Notes: generated by a model from the letters alone, not told the origin. A stretch of DNA of 64,000 bases from Acidobacteriota bacterium (GCA_009861545.1 VXME01000110.1:22284-86283); one strand, 5' to 3'; shown: positions 18,196-28,169, counted from the first letter of the stretch. Numbers and translations are program-made.

Positions 18196-18303
18196 TAGGA
18201 GGCCCGGTTAACCGAGGGACGGGTCGTCTTCGGCCCGTCCAGGCGCTCGGCCGCTCGCCGGACTCCCTCCCCCGGCGGGCGGCCGGCGCTGTATCTTCAG
18301 TCG

Positions 18304-20913
18304 ATGCCCGCTCCGTCCCGGCAATCGAGCCCCGCTCTGCACCGGGCCCCGCTGTTCGCCCTCGTCTTCCTGTCCGGGGCGGCGAGCCTCGTCTACGAGG
18401 TGCTCTGGCTCAAGGAGCTGGGCCTGCTCTTCGGGAGTACCGCCTACGCCGCCTCCACCACGCTGGCCGTCTTCTTCCTCGGTCTGGCGGTCGGCGGGGC
18501 CGTGTTCGGCCGCTGGTCGCCGCGCCTGCGATCGCCGCTGCGCGCCTACGCCTGGATCGAGCTGGGGATCACGGTATCGGCCGCGGTCTATTTTGTCCTG
18601 CTCGAGATCTACTTCCAGCTCTACGGTCCGCTGTACGACGCACTGAGCGACCGCCCCGCGGCCTTCAACGCAGCCAGGACCGCCCTGGCGATGCTGGCGC
18701 TACTGCCGCCGGCCGCCCTGATGGGCGGCACCATCCCGGTTCTGGGTCAGCACCTCGTGCGGCGTCCGGACGAGCTGGGGCGCATCGGGTCGTTCCTGTA
18801 CGCGGTGAACACGCTCGGCGCGGCCACCGGCGCGTTCCTGGCCGGGTTCGTGCTGCCGCTCGCGCTCGGCTTCGACCGGGCGTATCTGCTGGCCATGGCC
18901 GTCAACCTCGCGGTCGCCGGTCTCGCCTGGCGGCTGGCCGGAGCCGCCGAGGCGCACGGCGCGCCCGCCCCGGAGCCGCCGGCCGACCACCAGCGTTCGC
19001 AACGGCCGGGGAAGGCCCCCGGCAGACGGCCGGCGGTTCCCGCCGCCGACACGGCCTGCCCCGCGTGGCTTCTGGCCACCGTCGCCTGCCTGTCGGGTGC
19101 GTTCGCGCTCGGGCTCGAGGTGCTCTGGACGCGGATGTTCGCGCAGGTTCTGCAGAACTCGGTCTACACCTTCTCGATCATCCTGGTGGTGTTCCTGGCC
19201 GCGCTCGCGACCGGTTCGGCGATCGCGAACCGCCTCTGCCGGGTACGGGCGGCGCCGGCGCAGGTCCTGTGGCTGCTGCTGACGCTGTCGGGCCTGGGCG
19301 TGGCCGTCATTCCGTTCGGGTTCCACGATCTGACCGGCGGCCTCGGCACGCTCGTGACCGGCGACGGATGGCTGCTGTACGTCTTCTCGATCTTCGCCAA
19401 CACGGCGCTGCTGCTGTTCGTCCCGGCGGCTCTGCTCGGCAGCGCGTTCCCGTACCTGCTGCGCGCGGCGGAGGGTTCGCGCGCCGAACCGGGCGCCATC
19501 ATCGGGAGACTCAATGCCCTGAACACCGGCGGCGCCGTGGTCGGGTCGCTGGCCGCCGGATTCGTCCTGCTCGGGAGCATCGGACTGTGGAACAGCATGC
19601 GGCTGTTCGCCTTCGGCTACCTCGTCCTGGCGCTGGCGGCCTGCTGGAACGGCTGGCGGACGCTCGGCGCGCGGCTCCTGCCGGCGGCGGCCACGATCGG
19701 CGCCGTGGTGCTGCTCGGCACGCTGGTCGACGCCTCACGCCTGCCGGTCGTCAACGTCAACACGGATCGCGGCGAACGGCTGATCGAGACATGGGAGGGC
19801 CCCGACGGCGTCGTCGCCGTCGTCGAGCGTCCCGGGAACCGGCGCATCAAGGTGAACAACTTCTACACGCTCGGCGGCACGGCCTCCATGGAGCACGAGC
19901 AGAACCAGGCCCTGCTGCCGCTGATGACGCACCCGCGGCCGCGCGCGGTCTTCATGCTGGGCCTGGGCACCGGCATCACCGCGGGAGCGGCCCTCCGGCA
20001 TCCCGTCGAGCGGCTGCTGGTCTGCGAGATAGCCGCCGACGTGATCGCGGCCTCCGCGGCCTGGTTCGACGTCCCGAGCGGCGGCCTCTTCAACGACCCG
20101 CGTGCGACGGTCCGCGCCTGCGACGCCCGCAATCACCTGCTGGGCACGACCGAGCGCTTCGACGCGATCATCGCCGACCTGTTCGTCCCGTGGCGGGCCG
20201 GCGTCGGGAACCTCTACAGCCGCGAGCACTTCCAGGCCTCCCGCGAGCGCCTCGCGCCGGGCGGCCTGTTCGTCCAGTGGCTGCCGCTGTACCAGTTGTC
20301 GCGGAGCGAGTTCGAGGTGGTCGCCCGCACCATGCTCACCGTCTTCGAGCAGGTCACGGTCTGGCGCGGCAGCTTTGCGGCGGAGCGGCCGGTCCTGGCG
20401 CTGATCGGCGCCTCCGGGCCGACCCTGCTCGACCCGGACGTGATCGACCTCAACGGGCAGTACCTGAGCGGCGGCCGCGAGTTGCCCCCGTCCACCTCGC
20501 TCGCGGTAACGCTCCCCTTCTATGCGGGGAACCTGTCGGCGGCCGACGGACTGATTCCGTCCGGGCCGATCAACACCGACGACCGGCCGCTCGTGGAGTA
20601 CCTGACGCCCGTGACGCAACGGGAAGAGCGCACCGGGGCGACCGAGTGGTTCAACTCCGCCGAGCTGGGCGCCTTCCTCCGGCGCCTCCACCAGCTCGTG
20701 CCGCCGGAGCGCGACCCGCACCTGAGCTTGCTGACCGCCGCGCAGCGCGACTTCGTCGTGGCCGGGCTCCGCTACCACGAAGGCGCGGTCGCCAGCCTGC
20801 TCGGACGGGAAGCCGACGCCGACGCGCATTTCGGCGAGTTCGCGCGGCGCATCCCCATCGAGTTCCGCCCGTCGATCGAGGAGGACGACGCGTCCGTGGA
20901 CATCGTCCCGTAG
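18304..20913 (+). CDS. fused polytopic membrane domain / spermidine synthase-like protein
   Basis: The N-terminal ~480 aa carry many TM helices (LFALVFLSGAASLVYEVLWLKELGLLFG...). A class I MTase/aminopropyltransferase-like core follows (VFMLGLGTGITAGAAL...CEIAADVI...FDAIIADLFVPW...LYSREHF...LAPGGLFVQWLPLYQL). Confidence 0.75.
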   Translation: MPAPSRQSSPALHRAPLFALVFLSGAASLVYEVLWLKELGLLFGSTAYAASTTLAVFFLGLAVGGAVFGRWSPRLRSPLRAYAWIELGITVSAAVYFVLLEIYFQLYGPLYDALSDRPAAFNAARTALAMLALLPPAALMGGTIPVLGQHLVRRPDELGRIGSFLYAVNTLGAATGAFLAGFVLPLALGFDRAYLLAMAVNLAVAGLAWRLAGAAEAHGAPAPEPPADHQRSQRPGKAPGRRPAVPAADTACPAWLLATVACLSGAFALGLEVLWTRMFAQVLQNSVYTFSIILVVFLAALATGSAIANRLCRVRAAPAQVLWLLLTLSGLGVAVIPFGFHDLTGGLGTLVTGDGWLLYVFSIFANTALLLFVPAALLGSAFPYLLRAAEGSRAEPGAIIGRLNALNTGGAVVGSLAAGFVLLGSIGLWNSMRLFAFGYLVLALAACWNGWRTLGARLLPAAATIGAVVLLGTLVDASRLPVVNVNTDRGERLIETWEGPDGVVAVVERPGNRRIKVNNFYTLGGTASMEHEQNQALLPLMTHPRPRAVFMLGLGTGITAGAALRHPVERLLVCEIAADVIAASAAWFDVPSGGLFNDPRATVRACDARNHLLGTTERFDAIIADLFVPWRAGVGNLYSREHFQASRERLAPGGLFVQWLPLYQLSRSEFEVVARTMLTVFEQVTVWRGSFAAERPVLALIGASGPTLLDPDVIDLNGQYLSGGRELPPSTSLAVTLPFYAGNLSAADGLIPSGPINTDDRPLVEYLTPVTQREERTGATEWFNSAELGAFLRRLHQLVPPERDPHLSLLTAAQRDFVVAGLRYHEGAVASLLGREADADAHFGEFARRIPIEFRPSIEEDDASVDIVP

Positions 20914-21001
20914 CGCCCCCGGGGCGCCCGCTCCGCGCGCGACGGCGCAGTTGCGGCAGCGCAGACGCCCCGTTCGACCAATCCCGTTCGCCGCCTCGGT
21001 G

Positions 21002-22432
21002 TCAGTCGGCTCCCCGCACCCGCCCGAGGCCGGCCCCGGCGCCGGCGATCACCAGGACGACCAGTCCGCCGAGAACGGTCAGCGGAACCGCTGCCCGCCC
21101 GGCGACCTCCGCGGGTTCCTCGTCCACGAACCGGAACGCCGGCACGTCGGGCAGGACGTCGGCGGTCATCTGCTCGCTGGCGAGGATCGCCGGCACGAAG
21201 AACTGCCGCCACTCTTCGGCGAAAGCGCGCACCTGCAACTGGAACCGGGCGAAGCGCGCGTCTCCCGTCCCCGCCGCGTCGATGAGCACCTCCTGGGCCA
21301 GCAGCGCCGGCGACAGGAAGCGGTAGCGGCGGACCAGGGCCAACTGGTCGGCGCGGCTGGCGTCGTGCACCGCCGACACCTCCTCCAGGCGCGTGTTCAC
21401 GGCGTCGGTGGCGGCCCAGGCGAGCGCGCCCAGGCCGGGCTCGTCGGCCACCACGCCACTGGCCATCTCCGGATGGTCTTCCAGGTAGCGGGCGAGCAGC
21501 TCGCTGCGGCGGCTCACGGCCTCGTTCGAGGCCTCGCGCTGGGCGGTGATCATCTCCACGCGCGACGGCAACGGGTGCAGCATGCCGGCCGCGATGTTCA
21601 CGGCAGCCGGCAGCACCACCACCAGCACGAGCCACGCGCCCACCAGGACCGTGGCGTTCCAGGCGGAGGACCGCCGCAGGCTGTTCACCCACGCCGCGAG
21701 CGCGAACCAGAACAGCGCGTACAGGACCACCGTGGCGCACCACAGGACCACCCGGCCGGCCGAGCCGAAGCCGCCGGTGGCCAGGATGCCGAGCAGCGAG
21801 ACCCCCGCGGCGAGACCGACCACGAGCAACGCCCGGAACGCCAGCTTCGCGCCCACCACGTCGCGGGCCGACACGGGCTGCGACAGCGTCAGGGCCAGCG
21901 TCCCCTGCTCACGCTCCTCCGAGAGGACGTTGAAGCTGAGGGCCAGCACGAGCAGCGGCAGCAGGTACACCGTCACGAAGGCCAGGTCGAATCGGCCCAC
22001 CAGGAGGTTGAGGGGGTTCTCCACTTCGCCGTTCTGCTGGAAGGTCGATTCGTTGGTGTAGATGCTGACGTCGTAGTGGTACGGCAGCAGGTCGCTCTGC
22101 CCGACCGCCAGCGCGGCCAGGGGGCCCGGCTCCAGCACCGCGGCGTGCGCGCCGCGGGCGCCGCCGAGGACGTTGGGGGCGCGGGGGTCGCGGAAGGGCG
22201 AGGATGGCTGTCCGCCGTTCGCGATGTCGGTCAGCTCCTGCTCGAGGGCGCTCACGCGCTCGGCGCTCCCGGTCCGCGCGGCCTCCACCGTCCGCTCCTG
22301 GAAGCGCTCCCAGGCCATGCCGTTGGCCAGCGCGTAGAGGAAGAGGACGGCGAAGACCGCGAGCACGATCCGCAGCGCCGGGTCCGCCGCCAGCAGGCGC
22401 CACTCGTTCCGCAGGACGGTACGCAGGGCCAC
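21002..22432 (-). CDS. ABC-2 type permease, DUF3526-like (second of pair)
   Basis: N-terminal TM, large extracytoplasmic segment, a cluster of 5 TMs, then a C-terminal soluble region and a final TM. It is a paralog of the upstream permease. Start set at GTG 22432, just after the upstream stop; the track ORF extends to 22495. Confidence 0.65.
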   Translation of the reverse strand: MALRTVLRNEWRLLAADPALRIVLAVFAVLFLYALANGMAWERFQERTVEAARTGSAERVSALEQELTDIANGGQPSSPFRDPRAPNVLGGARGAHAAVLEPGPLAALAVGQSDLLPYHYDVSIYTNESTFQQNGEVENPLNLLVGRFDLAFVTVYLLPLLVLALSFNVLSEEREQGTLALTLSQPVSARDVVGAKLAFRALLVVGLAAGVSLLGILATGGFGSAGRVVLWCATVVLYALFWFALAAWVNSLRRSSAWNATVLVGAWLVLVVVLPAAVNIAAGMLHPLPSRVEMITAQREASNEAVSRRSELLARYLEDHPEMASGVVADEPGLGALAWAATDAVNTRLEEVSAVHDASRADQLALVRRYRFLSPALLAQEVLIDAAGTGDARFARFQLQVRAFAEEWRQFFVPAILASEQMTADVLPDVPAFRFVDEEPAEVAGRAAVPLTVLGGLVVLVIAGAGAGLGRVRGAD

Positions 22433-22434
22433 GG

Positions 22435-23847
22435 CTACGCCACCTCCGCGCGCCGCACGCCGGCCGCCGCGGCCCAGACCGCGCCGGCGAGCCACAAGCC
22501 CAGCACCAGGAGCGACAGGATCCGGTTGTTCAGGACCCAGCCCAGCGTCGGGGCGTCGTACTGCAGGGGCGGCACCTCGGCCCAGAGGTCGGGTCCGGCG
22601 GCGTACGAGAAGTCCCCGCTACGGGAGTTCTCCGCCAGGTCGCCGTTCATCCGCCGCATCAGGTCCCTGCGGTACGTCTCGGCCGCGGTCGCGAAGTGCC
22701 GGTGCTGCTCGACGTCGGTGCCGGCCAGCCCCATCGACAGCGTGCGCACCGCCAGCAGCGGCGCCGCCACCGCGAGCGCCTCGTGGACGACACCCTGGCG
22801 CTCGAACGTGTCCCACAGCGCACCGTAGTTGCGGTCGAAGATCCGGTTGCCGAACTCCTCGCTCTCCTGCAGGTAGATCCCCACGTCGTTCACCGGCAGG
22901 TCCTCGGCCCGTTCCACGCCGTGCTCCGCGAGGAGGCTCTCGGTCAACGCCGCCCGGTCCGGTCGCTGGATGTCATCCACGCCGGCGGCCATCTCGCGTT
23001 CCAGCGTTTGTGCGAACTCGACCGCGGACGGCGTCGGATGGATCCACTTGGAGAGGTCCACCGCCGCGCGCGGGGCCACGAGCCCGTTCACCACCCACAC
23101 CGCCAACAGGACGACCAGCGCGGTGCGCGCCGAGCGGGCCCACGCCGACACGGCCAGCGACAACCCCACGAAGGCGGCGAAGTAGGCCAGGTAGACGCCG
23201 GCCAGGACTGCTCCCCGGGCCAGCGGAGACGCGGCCGGACCCGTGCTGCCGACGACGAGGGCGGCCGCGCCCACCAGCGCCGCCGGCACCAGCAGCAGCG
23301 CCAGCGCGCCGGCGATGCCCAGGGCCTTGCCCAGGGCCAGATCCGAGCGGCCGATACCGGTGGCCAGGAGCTGGCGCAGGGTCCCCTGCTCCCGCTCGCC
23401 GGCCAGCGCGCCGAAGGTCAGCAGGATGATGAGCAGCGGCACCAGGTGCTGCAAGACCCCCGCGGCAGTCAGGGCGCCGACGCGCTGGGCGGACGTCGCG
23501 TCCTGCGCCGGGCGCATGAGGAAGTCGTTCTGCCGGTGCGCCTCCAGCCACACCGACGTGCCCGTGTAGGGATCCACGCCCTCGTCGACGAACGACAGCG
23601 CCAGGCGGGGCTTGAACGCGTAGATGCCGTAATGGGCCGCCGAGTGCGGATTCTTCTCGCCCTGCGACTCCCAGTGATCGCGGGCGGTGGCCTGCGCGGC
23701 CGCAAGCTCCTCCTGCGCCTGGCGCGACTGGACCCAGCCGTGCCCCAGCGAGACCAGGAGAAGCGCGCCTACCACGGCCGCGCACCAGCGGAAGCGGCCG
23801 TCCCGAACCACGTCGGTGAACTCCTTGCGTGCGATGTGCTTGATCAT
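22435..23847 (-). CDS. ABC-2 type permease, DUF3526-like (first of pair)
   Basis: MIKHIARKEFTDVVRDGRFRW is a typical ABC-2 permease N-terminus. The central TM cluster contains EREQGTLRQLL, and a C-terminal domain ends in a TM. Confidence 0.7.
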   Translation of the reverse strand: MIKHIARKEFTDVVRDGRFRWCAAVVGALLLVSLGHGWVQSRQAQEELAAAQATARDHWESQGEKNPHSAAHYGIYAFKPRLALSFVDEGVDPYTGTSVWLEAHRQNDFLMRPAQDATSAQRVGALTAAGVLQHLVPLLIILLTFGALAGEREQGTLRQLLATGIGRSDLALGKALGIAGALALLLVPAALVGAAALVVGSTGPAASPLARGAVLAGVYLAYFAAFVGLSLAVSAWARSARTALVVLLAVWVVNGLVAPRAAVDLSKWIHPTPSAVEFAQTLEREMAAGVDDIQRPDRAALTESLLAEHGVERAEDLPVNDVGIYLQESEEFGNRIFDRNYGALWDTFERQGVVHEALAVAAPLLAVRTLSMGLAGTDVEQHRHFATAAETYRRDLMRRMNGDLAENSRSGDFSYAAGPDLWAEVPPLQYDAPTLGWVLNNRILSLLVLGLWLAGAVWAAAAGVRRAEVA

Positions 23848-23862
23848 CGTCAGCTCCCTCGC

Positions 23863-24627
23863 CTACTCGTGCATGTGCTCCAGATAAATGCGCTCGAGGT
23901 CGGCGTGGCCGATCTCGTCCGTGCTCATCTCCCTGACCAGGCGCCCGTGGCGCATGATGCCGACACGCGTGCCGGTCTCCTTGGCGCGAAACAGATCGTG
24001 CGTCGCCATGAGCACCGCGACGCCGCGGTCCCTGAGCCGCCCGAGCAGCTCCGAGAACTCGTTCGACGCCTGCGGGTCGAGGCCGGACGTCGGCTCGTCG
24101 AGCAGCAGCGCGTCGGCCTCCTTGGCGATGGCGATGGCTACGCCGACCTTCTGGCGCATGCCCTTGGAGTACTCGGACACCCGCCGCCGGACGGCGTCGC
24201 GCGGCAGGCCCGCGCCGACCAGGACGTCGGTGAGGTGCTCCGGGGCCAGCGATCCCCGCCCGCCCAGTGCGGCGAAGTACTCGAGGTTCTCCAGGCCGCT
24301 GAGGTTGCGGTACAGCATCACCTGCTCGGGGATGTAGGCCAGGCGTCGCTTGGACTCCAGCGGCTCGGCGGCGACGTCGAGGCCGGTCACGTGCACGCTC
24401 CCCGCCGTCGGCTCGAGGAACCCCAGAAACAGGTGGATGGTGGTCGTCTTGCCGGCCCCGTTGGGTCCGAGCAGACAGTAGATCTCGGATGGTCCGACGC
24501 GTAGGTCGAGGCCCGCGACGGCCTCCACGTCGCCATACCGCTTGGACAACGCCTGCGCCTCGAGCACGGGGTTCGAGGCGACGGCGGTGGAGGCGGGGCG
24601 GGCATCGATCGGCGCGACTTCGCTCAT
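23863..24627 (-). CDS. ABC transporter ATP-binding protein (ABC-2/NosF-like)
   Basis: Walker A GPNGAGKTT, signature YSKGMRQKV, Walker B LLLDEPTSGLD and the H-loop ATHD are present. Confidence 0.9.
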   Translation of the reverse strand: MSEVAPIDARPASTAVASNPVLEAQALSKRYGDVEAVAGLDLRVGPSEIYCLLGPNGAGKTTTIHLFLGFLEPTAGSVHVTGLDVAAEPLESKRRLAYIPEQVMLYRNLSGLENLEYFAALGGRGSLAPEHLTDVLVGAGLPRDAVRRRVSEYSKGMRQKVGVAIAIAKEADALLLDEPTSGLDPQASNEFSELLGRLRDRGVAVLMATHDLFRAKETGTRVGIMRHGRLVREMSTDEIGHADLERIYLEHMHE

Positions 24628-24748
24628 GGTCTCGACAGGAGTCCCGGTGGATCACCAGGGCTCCCCCCTCCAAAGGAAAAGAACGGGCCGGTGCGCCGAC
24701 GGCGTCGACGCGACTACGGAGCCAGAGAGTCGGGATGTGGTCGCGGCG

Positions 24749-25018
24749 TCAGGCGGGCGGCGCCCGCGAGCCGTGCCCCTCGACCTCCGCGGGGCGGGCA
24801 TGCCCCGGCGCATCCGCACAGGGGTTGCGGACAGCGCATGGGTCGGGGTGATCGAGGACGCCGGAAGCGACAGGCGGCGAACCCTGCACGTGGCACAGCA
24901 CGCACGTGCCGTCCCGCGCCTCCGCCTCGTCGTGGAAATGAAGCGTCGTCGCGAGAGCCGGCAGCGCGAGCGCGAGAACGGCGCCCCACTGCAACAGCGT
25001 CGATCGGCCTCGCCGCAT
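24749..25018 (-). CDS. small exported Cys/His protein, paralog P5 (ends SRAPPA)
   Basis: 89 aa with a signal peptide (LLQWGAVLALALPALA), then HFHDEAEARDGTCVLCH, two further Cys and a C-terminal GHGSRAPPA. It sits between TBDR2 and the ABC ATPase. Confidence 0.6.
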   Translation of the reverse strand: MRRGRSTLLQWGAVLALALPALATTLHFHDEAEARDGTCVLCHVQGSPPVASGVLDHPDPCAVRNPCADAPGHARPAEVEGHGSRAPPA

Positions 25019-25163
25019 TGTGTCTTGTAGCGTGTTCCCGCGAATCCGTCAAGGCGCCACGCGCCGGGGAGCGTTTAGCGCGGCCGCCCGCCGGGGAGGG
25101 AAATGTCCGGCGGGCGGCCATGCGCACGGACGGGACGCAGGCGTCCCGACCGACCCTCGAGCA

Positions 25164-27521
25164 CTAGTGGAACCGCACGGCGTAGCTCGCCCGGACCCCG
25201 CGGCCCATCTCGGGCGCCAGGTCCTTGATGTACGAGGAGTGGTTCCGATACAGCTCGTTCGTCAGGTTGTAGCCCGTGAACGACAGGATGTGCGCCGTGT
25301 CCTGCCGCGGCCAGACGTACGACGCCCGCACGTTGACCAGGGAATAGCGGCCCGTCTCGGTCTCGCCCCGGAACACGTCGGCCTGCCGCGCCGCGAACTC
25401 CAGTTGCGGGGTCAGCGTGAACCCGCCGTAGGGGATGTCGAGGTCCACCGTGCCTCGCAACGGCGGAATCCGCGGCAGGGGCTCCCCGGTCGCCAGCCGC
25501 GCGTCGACGTACCCGAGGCCGAGCGTCAACCAGGTCTGTCCGGCGAGCCGGGTGCTGCCGCGTGCGTCGAAGCCGCGGAAGCGGCTGTCGCCCTGCAGGA
25601 TGTTGTACACCGGCAGGTTGTCCGCCACTTCGTCGCTGCGGTCGCCGAAGATGAAGTTGTCGATGTCGTACACGAAGAAGTTCAGTGCGCCACGGACGCG
25701 GTCGCCCCGGTGCCGCAAGCTCAAGTCCAGTCCGAGGGTGGACTCGGCATCGAGATCCGGGTTGCCGACGTCGAACGAGAGCGTGCCGACGTGCGGGCCG
25801 AAGTTGTACAGCTCCTCGATGGCCGGGGGGCGGTGGGAGCGGGTCAGGTTCGCGACCAGGGCGTTGCCGGCGCCGAGGTCCGCGTGGAGTCCGACCGACG
25901 CGGATGCACCCGCGAAGTCGCGGTCGCGGGCGTCGGGCGCCTCGAGCACGCCATGGTCGTGCCCCTCGTGGCCATCGTCGTCATCGTCGTTCGCAAATGC
26001 GCCGGTACGCTCCGCCACGCGGTAGTTGTCACGGTCGACGCGACCGCCGAACTGCACGCGTAAGCGCCCCAGGTTCAGCTCTTCGTAGGCGAAGGCCGCG
26101 AAGGACGACAGGTCGGTCCGCGGCGCCAGCGCCTCGAAGCCCGCGGCTTCGAAGTCCCGTATCTGCGTCCAGGCGCCGAACCTCCCCGACAGACGCTCCG
26201 TCTGCCGCTGATCCACATCGGCGCGGAGGATGTAGACCCGGTTGTCGAAGCGCGTGCCGACGTTTTCGTTCCCGCCCTCTATTTCCAGCTCGTCGTGGCC
26301 CCAGTCGACGGCCTTCAGGCTGAGTCGCACCCCCTCGACGACGCGGTTGGCAAGGCCCTGGAGGCCGACGTCGAAGCGCATCGCGCGACGCTGCCAATCG
26401 AGCGCGATGGAGGTCGCGCCGCCTTCATCGACCCCGTGATCGTCCCGGTGCCCGCCGGCATCCACTTCGTGGTGTCCGTGGAACTGCTCGGCGAACGGCA
26501 CGCCGTAACGGCCGTCGTTCAAGGTCACCCCGGCGCTCGCGAAGAGCCGGTCGCCCGACCAGCCGACACCGGCCTCCGCGTTGGCCGACTCGGTGGCGGA
26601 GTTCTGGACGGTCCCCAGGGGCGTGGCGTAGTCCCCCGTCCGCCGCGTGCTGCCGCCGGCCCAGTAGCGCACCCCGTTCCGCGCGTGCTGCAGGCCGACG
26701 TTGGTGCCCGCCTGCGCGTTCGCGCTCCCGAGGTCGGCGTTCAACTGTGCCCGCGTGCCCTCGAGCAGTGACGCGCGGCTGCTCTCGTGGGGCGTGATCA
26801 CGTTCACGACCCCGCCGACCGCGTTCGAGCCGTACAACAACGTCGCCGGCCCGCGCACGATCTCGATGCGCTCCGCGCTGCTGGGGTCGACCGTGACGAC
26901 ATGGTCGCCGGAATTGTTCGACAGGTCCCCGGTGCGGACGCCGTCCTCCAGAATCAGCACCCGATCGCCGTCGAAGCCGCGGATGATCGGCCGGCTCGCG
27001 CCGGGGCCGAAGCCGCGGACCGCAATGCCCGGCTCGTTCCGCAGGGCGTCTCCGAAACCGGGGACCGACTCTCTTGCGATGTCGAACGAGTCCACCGTGG
27101 TGACCGCGTTGAAGGCCTCGTACGTCGTCTCGGCTCCACCCGCCGAGGCGGTCACGGTCACCTCCTCGTGCACGGGCGAGAGGCCCAGCACGAAGTCCGC
27201 CGTCACCGTCCCGCCGGGTTCGACGGTCACCGTCTGCCGGCCCGCGGTCAGATGGTCCCGCTGCGCGAGAACCTCGTACGAGCCGGCCGGCACGCGGTCG
27301 ATCACGAAACTGCCCTGCGTGTCGGTCAGCGCGAAGGCGCCGGAGCCGACGACGAGGATCACCGCGCCGCTGATGAAGTCCCCGTTCTCTTCCAGCGTCA
27401 CCGTCCCGCGCACGACGCCGCTCTCCTGCGCCGGCAGCGGCGCTACGGTCGAAGCCGTGGCAACCGCGACCGCTCCAAGACATCTCGCAATCCACCGGTA
27501 TCTGCGCATCGCTCTTTGCAT
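25164..27521 (-). CDS. TonB-dependent receptor with CarboxypepD_reg-like N-domain and His/Asp-rich loops (TBDR2)
   Basis: Paralog of TBDR1 with the same block structure (VRGTVTLEENGDFISGAVILV..., RGFDGDRVLILEDGVR, IEIVRGPATLLYGSNAVGGVVNV). Inserts: EQFHGHHEVDAGGHRDDHGVDEGG and NDDDDDGHEGHDHGVLE. Start at ATG 27521 with GGAG upstream; the track ORF extends to 27644. Confidence 0.9.
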   Translation of the reverse strand: MQRAMRRYRWIARCLGAVAVATASTVAPLPAQESGVVRGTVTLEENGDFISGAVILVVGSGAFALTDTQGSFVIDRVPAGSYEVLAQRDHLTAGRQTVTVEPGGTVTADFVLGLSPVHEEVTVTASAGGAETTYEAFNAVTTVDSFDIARESVPGFGDALRNEPGIAVRGFGPGASRPIIRGFDGDRVLILEDGVRTGDLSNNSGDHVVTVDPSSAERIEIVRGPATLLYGSNAVGGVVNVITPHESSRASLLEGTRAQLNADLGSANAQAGTNVGLQHARNGVRYWAGGSTRRTGDYATPLGTVQNSATESANAEAGVGWSGDRLFASAGVTLNDGRYGVPFAEQFHGHHEVDAGGHRDDHGVDEGGATSIALDWQRRAMRFDVGLQGLANRVVEGVRLSLKAVDWGHDELEIEGGNENVGTRFDNRVYILRADVDQRQTERLSGRFGAWTQIRDFEAAGFEALAPRTDLSSFAAFAYEELNLGRLRVQFGGRVDRDNYRVAERTGAFANDDDDDGHEGHDHGVLEAPDARDRDFAGASASVGLHADLGAGNALVANLTRSHRPPAIEELYNFGPHVGTLSFDVGNPDLDAESTLGLDLSLRHRGDRVRGALNFFVYDIDNFIFGDRSDEVADNLPVYNILQGDSRFRGFDARGSTRLAGQTWLTLGLGYVDARLATGEPLPRIPPLRGTVDLDIPYGGFTLTPQLEFAARQADVFRGETETGRYSLVNVRASYVWPRQDTAHILSFTGYNLTNELYRNHSSYIKDLAPEMGRGVRASYAVRFH

Positions 27522-27770
27522 CGCTTCTCCAACCCTCTCCAATCTCGTACCCAACGGTTTCGTCGATCCGGCGCCCGTCGCCGCATGGGACGGCGCGTGC
27601 CGCCGAGCCGCCGCCGGACACCGGGGAAACTCCTCCGGGTGCACCGGCGGTCGACAAGCCGAAACGGCGTCCAGGCACGGCCGATGCGACGGCGCGCACG
27701 CATTGCCTCGGACGCAGGCGAACTCGCGGGCTATCGCGGCACGACAGGCGAACGGAAATTGCGAACGGGA

Positions 27771-28076
27771 CTAGGCGGGCGGAGCGCGGGCGGGGAGGCG
27801 GCGCAAATGACCGGATGCAATCCAACCGCCGGCGACGACCTGTTCGAGCGGCTGCGGGACGTCCGCGAATCCGATCTCCAGGGATCCGGACGGTTCGGCA
27901 GCCGGCTGGTGCCGGAGCTGGCAGACTGCGCAGTCATGGTCCGCTGCGTGGTCTTCGTGGCAGATGGCCTCTGCGGCCGTGGCGCCGGCCAGCACGAGCG
28001 CCAGGAAGACGATCCAGGCGCGCCAACCGGAACTACGTGCTGCGAGCCCCGCGTGCACGGGGTCTCTCTGGGCCAT
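27771..28076 (-). CDS. small exported Cys/His protein, paralog P2 (ends ARAPPA)
   Basis: 101 aa. HEDHAADHDCAVCQLRHQPAA...IGFADVPQP...WIASGHLRRLPARAPPA is near-identical in these blocks to P1. It is the first gene of the minus-strand TBDR2 operon. Confidence 0.7.
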   Translation of the reverse strand: MAQRDPVHAGLAARSSGWRAWIVFLALVLAGATAAEAICHEDHAADHDCAVCQLRHQPAAEPSGSLEIGFADVPQPLEQVVAGGWIASGHLRRLPARAPPA

Positions 28077-28139
28077 AAGCTGTCGACGCTAGCAGAGATC
28101 GGCCCCAGGTGGCAAGGGGCGCGACCCGACGGCCGCGCC

Positions 28140-28169
28140 TTGACTCCGGCTCGCCTTTGCTTCTTCAAT
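28140..28169 (+). promoter_or_regulatory. candidate sigma70-like promoter for the plus-strand cluster (TTGACT-N18-TTCAAT)
   Basis: TTGACT lies at 28140-28145 and TTCAAT at 28164-28169, in the 99-bp divergent spacer. The -10 ends 6 nt before ATG 28176, so the transcript would be leaderless or translation starts at the next ATG (28194). Pattern only. Confidence 0.25.

Noticed and set aside
20913-20927. GC palindrome GCGCCCCCGGGGCGC after the spermidine-synthase-like gene as an intrinsic terminator
   Set aside because: The loop would be at most 3 nt, and no U-tract lies on either strand. Such palindromes arise easily in this base composition. Not reported as a feature.
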